This document shows positions 49,016 through 60,600 of a stretch of DNA of 64,000 nucleotides, in pieces. Position numbers and translations under genes: made by a program. The notes under the pieces were generated by a model, which was not told the DNA's origin, made no database searches, and saw nothing but the letters and a program-made list of their open reading frames with translations. The DNA comes from an uncultured Spirochaetota bacterium (lineage in GTDB: Bacteria; Spirochaetota; Spirochaetia; SZUA-6; Fen-1364). How positions within the stretch are numbered: the stretch's first letter is position 1; every line of letters starts with the position of its first letter. Location of the stretch: the NCBI GenBank assembly GCA_963820525.1, contig CAWGAA010000001.1:2272001-2336000 (forward strand). Reading direction: 5' to 3'.

Positions 49016-50242
49016 CTATTGAATTTGCTTTTGCACTATCGCCGCCAGACGGGCGGCAAAAGCATCTCTTGCCTCCTTGGAGCCGAAGCCGCCGGGCGGC
49101 CAGGAAATGAAAGCTTGATGCACATCGTAGACTGCTTTGTCCGTCAGTTTAGCATCCAGCAGTGGAACGATTCGGGCTCCGCCTTCAAGAGCCCTGATGG
49201 ACTCCACCTGCACCTGAGTAGCATTTCCAGCTCCTTGAGACCCGCGTGCGTCGATCGCTGAAACTCGAAAACCATCCTCAGTCAGGCCGACGGCTCCATC
49301 TATGATCCACGTGTCGGCAATGGCAAGGGCGGATTCGAGATTGCGGCCCGAGGCAGGGAAAACGAAGCCGCTCTCTGAGCCCAGAACCGCCTTTGGAACA
49401 CGGTCTTTGCTGCTGCGCTTGATGAGCGTGAAGGACAGGTTCCCTGGATCTGTCATGGTGTTGACGGCGAAGGCTCCAATGAGGATAAAAGCGGCCCTGC
49501 CCTCCTTTACCCTGTCTAAAGCCTGGGTCCAGATAATGGATGATGCGTCAGGATTGAAGTAGCCCTTGGAAATCCATCCATCCAACTCGGCCAGGCTCGC
49601 CGTGGTTTGGGGATCCGAAAAAGAACGCTTGCCTGAAAGAAGACTCATGTATCCCTCAGGGCCATTGCGCAGCAGCTCTATCTGAAGAAGCCAATCAAGA
49701 AGATGCCATCCATGCGAGTTGCTGAGAGCAATGGGCGCCATCCCCTTCGCCTTCAAAGCTTCGCACTCCGCAATGAAGGAATCGATATCCGTCGGGGGTT
49801 TCAGCCCGTATCGTGCCAGGACGGCGGTATTGGAAAACAAGCCCCACACATATGCGCTGGCCGGCAGGAACCAGCTCTGATCGGGATCGAAGTACTGAAC
49901 GACGCCGCGATAGACCCGTGCCGTCGAAGCCAGCCGCGCTTTATACCCCTTGAAATCGGAATAGACGGAGGACTCATGCGCCCTGTGCAGGTTTCCCGAG
50001 TATTCCACAAGCATGAGATCCGGGGCCGCCGCAGGATCGGGAACTCCCGACCCGCCTCCCGTCTTGTTGGTGAAATTGACCGTCAGCCCGGGGAAGCCGC
50101 GTGAATCCTGCCGGATGGAATCGCGCACGGTGTCAAAACTCGTCGCCAGGGAAAGCTCCCCGGAAGCTCTCAGAGGCCGAGCCTTACAACCAGCAAATGT
50201 CAGCAGAATGCAGGCAAGCACGACGAAAGCATGCCGACTCAT
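49016..50242 (-). CDS. Carbohydrate-type ABC solute-binding lipoprotein (orphan)
   Basis: Lipobox FAGC; WGLFSNTAVLARYGLKPP, LKAKGMAPIAL, KGYFN, GRAAF. Confidence 0.75.
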   Translation of the reverse strand: MSRHAFVVLACILLTFAGCKARPLRASGELSLATSFDTVRDSIRQDSRGFPGLTVNFTNKTGGGSGVPDPAAAPDLMLVEYSGNLHRAHESSVYSDFKGYKARLASTARVYRGVVQYFDPDQSWFLPASAYVWGLFSNTAVLARYGLKPPTDIDSFIAECEALKAKGMAPIALSNSHGWHLLDWLLQIELLRNGPEGYMSLLSGKRSFSDPQTTASLAELDGWISKGYFNPDASSIIWTQALDRVKEGRAAFILIGAFAVNTMTDPGNLSFTLIKRSSKDRVPKAVLGSESGFVFPASGRNLESALAIADTWIIDGAVGLTEDGFRVSAIDARGSQGAGNATQVQVESIRALEGGARIVPLLDAKLTDKAVYDVHQAFISWPPGGFGSKEARDAFAARLAAIVQKQIQ

Positions 50243-50354
50243 GCTGGCGAGGATAGCATTTCCCATTTTCGCGAACAAGCTTTAGCGACAGGGCTTCCCC
50301 TCTCCCTGAAAGCCCTTGTTCCTCCGCTTTGAAACGCGGTAGTATCCAAACCGC

Positions 50355-51587
50355 ATGCACTTCTCGAAACGGACCATTGCCCTTTCCATTGCGGCGGGAG
50401 TCTGCCTTGTTGTCTTCGCCATCGTGATGGCGCGCATCTTTCTTTTCGGCCCCTTCACGGTTGCCCTGTACGGCCTTGACCCCCGGGAAGCGAAGGCTGT
50501 TGAGACTGCCTGCCGCTCCTATGGCACGATGGGAAAGGGGAATGCGCCTCGGGTTGTCGCAATAGAAAAGGGCCGGTCCCTGGCTTCGGTCCTCCAGCCG
50601 CGAGCAAAACCCGACCTCATCGTGTTCGAACCGGGCGGAGAATCCACGGCCGCGGTTCGATCCTTTGTCGCCATGCCCGCGGATCGCCAGGGGCTCTTTT
50701 CCACTACGCTTCGCTGGGCCGGCTCGTCGGGAAACACGTGGTACGCGGCCCCCCTGTTCCTCGACCACCTGGAGCTGGCCTGGAATGCAGGCGCTTTCGC
50801 CACTGCAAAGCTTGCGGTCCCGACCGGCATTTCTGCGCTTGAAAAGGCCGGCGCTTATTTCGTGAAACGAAAGCCAACCATCCCCATCCTCATCGCCGGC
50901 GGGGAGGATGAAGTCCTCATCGACGTCGTTGGTCAGCTTCTGGCAAACAGGTACGGCGCCGCGGCCTACGATTCCCTCGCATCGCTTCTTTCCAAACAGC
51001 GGGATTTTGCCAAGGTCCTATCATCTCCCCTCGCAGCCGAGGGCTCCTCCTCCTCAGGTCCAACTACGCTCGCCGAGACACTGGGCATTTTCATTGGATG
51101 GACGAACAAGGGATGGCTCCCCATAGATTGGCTGAGCTTCGATTCGGAAAGCTGCAAACGCCTGATTGAAAGCGGGATTGTGGCGGCAAGCATCCAACCC
51201 CTTTCGTTCCATCGCACGATAAGCTACGACGTCATCTACGGCTATAAAGCAGACAGGATGGGAATATTCAATGGAAACCCGCGCGGACCGATGACGGGCC
51301 CCCTCATCACGGCGGCAATACCGCGCGGAGCCCGCAATAGCGGCAAGGCCCGGAGGCTCCTCGATTTCCTCCTGGGAGCGGAGGGTCAAAAGGAGCTTGC
51401 GAAAGAAAGCGGCTGCGCGCCGGCGGTGCTCTCCGCGCAGGCCCCGGACATCCAGGCCTCGAGCGTTCGGGCATGGGCTGTGGCGAGCGACAGAATTCTG
51501 CAGGGACTCGACGTGGATGCCGGGGCGGATCGCGCCTGGCTTGCGCAAAACATCAGGGACTATATCTTCGCAAAGACCAGAAAATAG
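50355..51587 (+). CDS. Divergent solute-binding-protein-like, N-terminally anchored (orphan)
   Basis: N-terminal TM; APLFLDHLELAWN, AAIPRGARN..ARRLLDFLLGAEGQ. Confidence 0.65.
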   Translation: MHFSKRTIALSIAAGVCLVVFAIVMARIFLFGPFTVALYGLDPREAKAVETACRSYGTMGKGNAPRVVAIEKGRSLASVLQPRAKPDLIVFEPGGESTAAVRSFVAMPADRQGLFSTTLRWAGSSGNTWYAAPLFLDHLELAWNAGAFATAKLAVPTGISALEKAGAYFVKRKPTIPILIAGGEDEVLIDVVGQLLANRYGAAAYDSLASLLSKQRDFAKVLSSPLAAEGSSSSGPTTLAETLGIFIGWTNKGWLPIDWLSFDSESCKRLIESGIVAASIQPLSFHRTISYDVIYGYKADRMGIFNGNPRGPMTGPLITAAIPRGARNSGKARRLLDFLLGAEGQKELAKESGCAPAVLSAQAPDIQASSVRAWAVASDRILQGLDVDAGADRAWLAQNIRDYIFAKTRK

Positions 51588-51598
51588 GGTCGCAAGAG

Positions 51599-51630
51599 AC
51601 GACAGCCCGGGGTGAGCCCCGGGCTGTCGT
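51599..51630. terminator. Strong hairpin between convergent genes
   Basis: Perfect 14-bp stem ACGACAGCCCGGGG-TGAG-CCCCGGGCTGTCGT. Confidence 0.7.
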
Positions 51631-51644
51631 CCGTATCATCTCTC

Positions 51645-54600
51645 TTACTGTTCCTTCTTATGATAGACCAGATTGAAGCGGCTCCCCGCATACCCGATGG
51701 CGATGTCCGCGGATTGCGCAACTCCCGCGACGTAGCGGCCGATGTTCAGCGTAGAGCTGGTCACGATGTTCGTTCTGTGGTCGCGCACGGGATCGTTCAC
51801 GGGGATAGTACCGTATTCCCAGTCGTCGGCGCTCGATCCGGTCCCACTCTTCACCCACGCTATCTTCAATCCACCCAGGGTGCCGACTGAAGAAGCGTTC
51901 TCGTACGATACGTACGGTATGGCGGTAGTTCCAATATACATCAGGGAAATCCTGCTCCAGGGCCCAACCGATTCTACGGAGTCGATGGTTACCGGGGCAT
52001 CGAACGTATATTGCACCCCGGCGCCGGTCCCATCAACGTCATGACCATGGATGAAGACGAGGTTCCCGTCCGCGTTCTGGAAGGTCATAATGAACAGGTC
52101 GCCATACGTCGAAGATGCCGCGTCGTTGCTGTCCACCACCATGCTGACGTAGCTTCCCAGGAAGCTGTTTACGGGCTGGATGAGATCGATCTCCCACTGA
52201 TGAGTAGCGCTCGGAGCGTAGGGGGCGGTAGCATTGAAATTCCCGACGGGTTGCGTGTTCCAGCCGCGGGCAATCTTCAGCGTCTTGTTGGTGTTGCTGT
52301 AGTACACGATGACGGGAACGCCGTCATCCGGGTCTATGCCGATATCGCTCCACAACCCGACGTCCTCGCTGGAGGCGTACTTGTAGTCAGGGGCTGCGCC
52401 GGCCAGGAAATCGTAGCCATCCACGACGACCTGGTTGTCGGTGAGGTGGTTCTGTCCGATGAACGTCCCCGTTCCGCCGGTGACCACCCCGTATTTCAGG
52501 CATTTGCTCCACCCGTCGTAGTACGAGATGTACTTGACGTCGTTCGCCGGAGCGGCTCCCACCTTCACCGTGAACCGCGGGTTCTTGAACTGGAAGAGCA
52601 TTTCATCCTGGCCGTCGGAGTGATTCGCTGGAGGAGGATCCGAGTTGCCTTCCCGCTCGATTTGCCGTGAGCTTCCCGTGTCGATGAAAGAGTTGAGACC
52701 CTGCCATGTCCCGGTCATATTCTGGTTTTCCAGCACAACGGAATGCCTGACGTCTACTCCTGCGTTGTTGCGGACGAACAGATCCGTATACTCGGCCGGG
52801 TCGACACCGCTCCAGATTTCGGTAGCGGCGCCTCCATAGGAGTTCGGCATGCTGTAGTACGACGCGCCGGAGTTATAGCTGGACCAGGCGCCGTAGACGT
52901 GGCTATTGGTGGGATTGATCGACATTGACGGCCACTCGGGTGCATCAGAGCCCGCGAAATAATCCCCGACGTCGAACACTGACATGTAGCGGTCGTCGTC
53001 CCAGAGGCCCGAACCGCCTTCGTTGTTATATTCCGCAGAATTGGAGTCGGTATTGTTAATGGAGGGCTGGCCGTTGACAACCACCTTCAAGTAGCCGGAG
53101 TTCACCATTTGCGTTCCGGTGAAGGTGAGGGAGGTATACGGCGATCCACTGCCGCTCACGGTCACAGTATTCTGCTGGACGGAGACCTTTACATCAGCGC
53201 CGTCGCTGGTGAAGTCGACCGCAGGGCCGCCGGAGGTGAGCGATACCTGGAAGTAATTCGCGGCCGTATTGACGACATAGTATCCGACGTTCGATGAGAT
53301 CCCTGTCGGAAGCGTTGTCGCGGTAATCCACACTATCGTGCCGTTGGCGAGCCCGTGCGCTGTGGCATTCAGTCTATTGTCTCCATTGGTTGCGACGACG
53401 AGGAACGGCGTGCGGTTGATCGTGACGGTGGGAGTGTCGGTCCCGTCGCCGAGGTTGAATCCGGTCATGGTAAGGTTGGTCTCGCCCGCGTTCACGAGGA
53501 ACTTCCCATACTTTGTGCGGTTCGTCGGATACGGGCTCTGGCGGGTGATGCTCGTGATGTACGGAACCACGTCCACCTGGTAGGCGGGCTTGTTCGGGGG
53601 CAGGGTAATGGAGTAGCTCGTGCTGCCTACCGCAACCGGGACCGCAAGCTCGATGACGCCGCTTCCTGAGTCATAGTCCGCTACCGTGGTGTTGGTAGAA
53701 CCGACGGTGATCGGCAGGTTGTCCCAGAGGGTCGTTCTACCCTGGAGATTCACGTCCGAAATGTGGGTCGTGTCCGCGCGCGTGCCGGTCCCGCTCAGCG
53801 TCGTGTTGTCCGCCGTCACGGCTGAACGGGTGGCTGCCTTGTCCTCTGCCACGATCCTGATGTTCTGATCGTTCACAGCGATGTGGGAGATCCGCGCCGA
53901 GTCCCAATCCAACCGCCAGACAACCGAGTGCCCGGCCTGCGAGAACGTGGAGGACACCACCGTGAACTTCCAACCGTTCGTGCCAAAGGTGTCTGACGGC
54001 ACCATGAACCCGTTCATACTGGTCCAGTTCGCGGGCGGGGAGCCCAAGGGATCGTAGTTGGCGATCCGGTAGTATGTCTGGCCTCCGATGCTGGTGGTGG
54101 GGATGGTCGCGGCGTGCGGGAAGGTGAAGTTGTCGATATGCATCCAGATGTAAACCACTCCCTGATCGTCGCCCGTCGTGCCTCGTATGGATATCTTCCC
54201 CGAAACGTCGGGATCCGAATCGTCGATTCCCGCGAGCTCGATGTGCCCGTTTGTTTTCAAGTTCAGGTACAACGAATTGTCCGAGGCGCTGTTCCAGAAG
54301 AAGTTGTTGAGATAGGCCACCGGAGCTTTCGAGTCCGTGACCTTGATCTTGCAGACGATGTCCCTCTGGATGTGCTGGCTGTCGGTGAGCCTTGTCGTCT
54401 CCTCGGTGGTATCCCAGATGACGGATCGGAAGGTCCTCGTCCCGTCCGTGATGGCCGAAAGGGCCGTGGCATCCAGGAGTAGGGAAGTGATCGGCGTGCC
54501 GGTGCCGCCGTTTCTTACGACGTAGGTTCCTACTGCCGAGAGGCTTCCGGTGTTCGGGCCCGCGCTCACCTGGGTCTCCAGAATCCCGTTTCCGCCCGTG

Positions 54601-57600
54601 ATCTCGTACAGGATGTACATCGGAGCCGCTTTCACCTTGTAGCTGGTGGAGACCGAGGTCAGGTACGTGACGGGGTTGGTGCCCTGCGTGAAGAGGAACT
54701 TCTCTCGCTCAGTGCTGCTGGGCGTTTCATCGATGGACCCGTTCTTGTCCAGGTCCGTTCCCAGCCACATGGCGCCAAGCTGAGGCCCGCTGTTCTGCAC
54801 GGAGGTGGCAATTTGATAGTGGGCGGCGTTCCCCGCTTCATCGTAGACGACGTAGTGGATCTCGATGGGCCCGTCCGGGATATTCGCCGAGTTGACGTCC
54901 ACGTACCAGTCGTAGGTGTCTCCCACGGTCTGCCTGAGCTTCTCCACGTAGCCGTCGCCGTCGTCGTTGAGCACGGAGGCACCGTCGTGCGACTCCGTTA
55001 TGTTCTTGTGATCGATTGAGATCGCCAGGTCTATGGAGTACGCCGTGAGCCCCTGGTCCACGACCCCGTCCGCCCAGGTGATTGTGCCGCTTCCAGGGGT
55101 CCAGGTGTCGATTGTCCTGATGGTGCCGCCGATCGCGATTTTCTGACCCTTGTTGATCAAAGCGGCCGCCGGCGCGGCGATAAGGCTTGCGTCCACAAGG
55201 CTCGTCTGCGAGGGTCGCGTCCCGGTGCCCGTCCGCACGGGCTCGTATCCGCTGAAGGCGAAGTCGCTCAAATACGCCTTCGTGTTGCCGGCCAGGGGGT
55301 TGTACATGCGGTCGTTGGCGGGGTTCCCCATGCCTCTTCGGATGAAGTAGACCTCGACCCTGTCCACGTCGGAGCCTTCATCGAGAGCGCTCCCCGTGAG
55401 CTTGCACCATCCGTTGTCCTGAACCATGAACTTGGTGAGGTTGTCGAAATCCGGTCCTGTAGGCGCCGTGGGCGGCTTGGTGTCTATGGTGATCCGCATG
55501 TCCAAAGAGCTGGACTTGGGCTGCGCCGCCACGTCCACGGCGGCAAGAGTGAAGTTGAGCGGGACGACGGAGTTTCCCGGAGAATCGATTTCGACGTTCA
55601 GGTCTATCCGCTTGTAGAGCCCGTTCGTGTATGGGGGAACGGACGGGGTAACCAGCGTGAATGAACCGGTGTCCCCGGTGTAGACGCTGCCGTTCCAGAA
55701 GATCGACTTCGAGATGGGGGCGGAAAGCGACACGCTGGACAAAGCGGATTCGTTTTCAATGCTCCCCTTGAGGTACCAGTTGCCCTTAATATACATTCCC
55801 GCGGTATATGTAACCGTGGTGGTGGGATCTCCCACTTTTTCCAGATACAGGGGAACGGTGGAGCCGATCTTCGGTACGTTCTTGTCCACAAGAATGGTCC
55901 TGGGCTGTGACCACGGCCCGAGGGTCCCGTTGATGTCCTTGGCCCGGACGCGGAAGCTGATCGGATTGGGCGTCTCGCCCGAGGGATCGAATTCCTGCGA
56001 GGAGTTGATGACTTCGTACCAGTTGTTGGAACCGATCACCGTGTGGCCGTTTCCGCCGTTGTACCAGTCCGTGCCGCCCGCCGTGTCGGCTGCGGTAAAC
56101 TGCCCGTCATTGTTGCAGTCGATCTGCATGGCGACTTCCGCCACGCCGTCGTCGTCGATGGCGCTTCCATAGATGCGGATGGAGCCGCCGAGGGTCATGT
56201 TGGCGTCCGGATAGGAGACGCTCGCTACCGGTTTGTCGCCGTTGGGGTCTATCCTGAGGCTGTAGGGGTAGATGGTGAAGTCGGTCTCGCCGATGGACAC
56301 GTCTCCCGACCAGGAGACGGTCCCGCTGGCCGGAGTCCACCCCGTGATGAGCCGCGCGTTGTTTCCGATGAACACGACCTGGCCCACCGCAATCCTGGTA
56401 TTGTTCTGGATGGCCGCGGAGCTGAGGCTGGTCGGGTTGGAGCGCGTCGCTCCGGCGCCCGTAATGGGCAGGCTCTCCGTGCTGTTGCCCGCCTTGTCGG
56501 TGGCTCTCAAGACCATGGGGAACACGAAGAGGTCTACCCCGGTGTACGAATCGTGAATGGCGGAGACGTCGGTGTACACCTCGTATTCCTGGCTGGTTCC
56601 CACCGCCACATCGGCGCCCGTCCAGGTGACGGTGCCGGCGGCCGGGGTCCAGGTTGCGATTACGCGATATGCGCCATTGATCTTGATCGTATTGCCCACC
56701 GCGGCATTGGGATTGCTGACCAGGGCTGCGGCGGTGAAGCTCTTCTCCTCTCCGGTCGTCCTGTCCACCAATCCCGAGTACATGGAGGAGTAATTGTCGA
56801 TCTTGCTGGGGTTCAGGAAAGGTATCTCCCAGGTGTAGACGGTGCCTCCAACAGCCGTTGGAGACTGGCTCGTGTAGTTCTTGCCCAGTCGATACATGAC
56901 GGTGTCCAGCCCGGAGCCGGAGTCGCTGGCCGTCCCTTTCACGGTGACCTCGCCGTTGACAATCGCGGCATTCACCGGGGTCAGGAAGCCGAGGCTCGGG
57001 GCGGAGTTATCCACAAGAATGGTCCGGGTTGCCGTGGAGGCCAGGCCTGATCCGTCCGTGACCGTCGCAACGACGTCCTTGGCGCCGTCGGAAAGCGCGG
57101 TAACGTTCGTGACCCCGGTTTCATACGGGGTGTATCCCGGCCACGCCACGGGGCTTCCCACGACGCTTGCCGTTACGTTTCCGATTCCGGGGATGGCCAC
57201 GACAACGGAAGCGACGCCGTTTTCATCCCGCGCGGAGTACCGGATGTTGAACCGTCCCGTGGGCCCGCCAAATGGCATGTTCGTCGTGAGGCTCTTGGCG
57301 GCCAGGTGCACGAAAACGCCGCTTCCCGCGCTGGTGATGTCCACCACGGGGCCGCCCGATGTGGCAGAGACCTGGATCTGGGTGGACGTTGGGACCGCGA
57401 CGACGAAGTAGGTGGTGTTTGCCGAGATCCCGCCCGGAAGCCCCGTTGCGCTGAAGGTTACCGTGTTGCCCGAGGCAAGCCCGTGCGCGGAATCAGTGGT
57501 GATAATGTCGGAGGTGTCGTTGGCCGTTGCAGGAAGACAGGTTTCGATGGTGATCGTCGGATCGACTTCAGGAGTCTTCGTGTCCACCTTGAAGGTCACA

Positions 57601-60600
57601 GAGGTGTCGTCCGCCGCGTCCTGGATGCGCGGCTCGTTCGACAGGTCCGTCGTGAAGACGGTAGAGGAAGCATCGGTAACGCGGAAGTACAGGCGCTTGG
57701 TCCCGTCTCCGGAAGAAGCGTCGTAGCTCCAGCTTGCGTCCGCCGTCACGGTCTGGAAAGCGGAGATCGTCACATCCGTTCCATCGCTGGTGTAGTCCAG
57801 CTTTGTGCCGTCCAGGGTCTGCGAAACCTCGAAGTGGGTGGCGTCGAGGCCTTCAGAGATGACGTAGTAGCGCGTGTTGGCCGAGATTCCCGCGGGCAGG
57901 GCGGTGCCGCCGAAGTAGACGGCGGTACCCGCAACAAGGCCGTGCGCGGACCCTGTGGCGAACACGTCGGACCCGGAGTTGGGAGTTACGGTAACTCCAT
58001 CGAAAGCGGCCTCCCCAATCTCCAGTTTCGTCACCCCGTCGTCGTCGCTCACCGTGCCGTACACGGTATTGGTGAGCTTGAGGGTCGTCGTCCCATTGGG
58101 GTTCACGTTGGTCAGCTTGATCGTCGGCCGGTCGCTCTGCTGATCGATGAAGAAGCTCCTGTCCGTGTATTCGGGGTGCTGCGCATTGTAGGCGCTTTTA
58201 TTCCCCGCGATGTCGGTTGCCATCGCGCGAAGAGTGATGCCGTACTTGGTGCCGCTTACCAGTGTGGATGCGTTCACGACGTCGGCCGCCGTCGTGTCGA
58301 GCGCGGCCAGGTTCCAGGAGTAGCTTCCCGTGGGGCTCAGGGTAAGGGCCACCAGAGGCGCCTTGACGTCCACTCCGTCCGTGGAGAAGTCGAGCCGGGC
58401 GCCGTTCGGGGTGGCCGAGACCTCAAAGTGGGTGCTGTCCAGATTTTCGGAGATTACATAGTACGACGTGGCTGCGCTGATTCCCGTGGGAAGCGTGGTC
58501 CCGGTGAAGCTCACCACGTCTCCGGCGGACAGGTTGTTCGCCGCCGTGGTCGTGAAGATATCGGTGAGGTTGTTCGCCGTGACAGTGGTATCCTTGACGA
58601 TATGCAGTGTGAGGGACTGCACGGCCACGTTATCCGAGCTTGTCCCGGTTACAGAGATCGTCTTGTTCGTCGTGGCGGAAGCCGCCGGGGTGAGGAAGCT
58701 CACCGTCGGCTTCACCCTGTCCAGGCTGATGTTCCGCGTTGCGGTGGAAGTCCTTCCCGCTACGTCGGTCAATGTGGCCGTCAGGGTGCACACTCCGTCA
58801 TCCAGGCCGCTGACTGACAGGGGCGCCGCGGAATCGTCCCATGTGCCGTTGTACACGTCACCGCCCGTCCTTGTCAGGACCCCATTGGATGCGTGCAGCG
58901 CGGCGTCCGCGAGACTGACGGCAATAGAGGAGACGCCGTTGGTGTCAGAGGCGGTCATCGAAACGGTGACTGCGCCGTTCCTGTAGGCGTTTGCCGTGGG
59001 AGCGGTGATGGAGCCGCCAGGCGGGGAGTCATCCTTCCAGAACGTCACGCTCGCCGTACCGGAAATGTTTCCCGCCTTGTCCTTGGCCTGGCATTGCAGG
59101 GTCTTCTGGCCCTCGGAACCGAGGGTGATGGTGGCGGTCCACGCGGTGCCGTTGTACACGCTGGCCGTCCAACCCACATCGGTGGACAGCTTCATCTCCA
59201 CCGTCTGGAGGCCCGCGGGGCCGGCGTCGGATGCCGTTGCCGCGGCGGAAAGCGAAATCCCGGAGAAGACGTCGGTGAGAACCGGCGCCGTTATGACGGG
59301 AGTGTTCGGCAGGCTCTTATCGATCACCAGTGTGTAAATGGAAGAAACGCTCGCGCTTCCGGCTGCATCGTGCGAGATCGCGCGGTAGAGGTAGGCGCCC
59401 TCGGATGCGGCGGTCACCCACGTTGCGTCCCTGCCCCAGCTCCACGTTTCGGGGGTGGTCGTGATCGTGGCGACGTTCGTGTAGGTCAGGCCATTGTCCG
59501 TGCTCTGCTCCACTGTCACGTTGACGAGGCTGCCATTGTCCGCGGCCGCTCCGGCGAGGGTAAAGGCCGTGTTTGTATAGACGGTGACGCCCGGAGTGTA
59601 CGGATTGGCGGGGTTTGTGCCGACCTGGAACGTGATGTCGGACAGCGTGGGCGGCACCTGATCCAGGTGAACCGCCTGGCTCGCCAGCGGAGAAGTGACG
59701 TTGCCGGCATTGTCGACGGCGCGCACATAGATCGTGCGGTCATCCGTGAACGAGCTTGAATCGTAGGTGTAGCTCCAGGTCGCGGTTCCGCTTGCGTCCT
59801 TCCAGTCCCCGGATCCCGGCTGGCCTGAAAGCATCACTGCCACCTGGACCTTGGAAAGCCCGCTGGTAGCATCGGAGGCGGTGCCCGAGATGCTGAAGGC
59901 GCCTTTCTTCCAGTCACCGTCTGCCGGTGAACCAATCGCCGCCGTCGGAGCCGCCGTGTCGACCTTTATGGGCACATCCACGGACGTAGACCTTCCATAG
60001 ATGTCGGTGGCCCGTATGGAGACCTTCTTGCTCATCCCCTCACCGATTGAAGCGGTTGGGATGGAGTCTGCCCATGACATCCTGCTCGCCGTGACGCCCG
60101 CCCCATCGCTCGCAAAGTCCACCTTGGCGCCTCCCGAGGAGGAGGAGACCTCGAAGGTCGTGGGATCAAGGTAGAGCACGTAGTACGGCGTGCCCCCGTC
60201 GAGCCCGCCGGGAAGGGTCGTTCCGCCGAAGTAGACGACCTGGCCGGCGGAAAGCCCATGCGGCGCCGCGGAAGTGAAAATCCCGGCTACATGGTCAGCG
60301 GTAACGCCGATGGCCGTGTCGTCGACCTGCATCTTTTCCCAAGTGCCCGGCGTGCCGGGATGGAATACCTCGATGTATTTCACTTCGGGAGTGCCGGGAT
60401 TGGAATCATGATCCCAGGTGGAAAGGCCGTTTAAGTCGATCCCGGTGCCGTTGACCGCGAGGTTTGCGCCGGTAACGTACGAATTGACGGCAGGGGAGCC
60501 CACTGTCACCGTAGGCGCGTTCTGGTCAACGGCAAACGCAACGTCCACCGTCAGGCTGACAAGCGCCGCGGCGTCCGTCGCCCGCACATGCAGAACGTGG

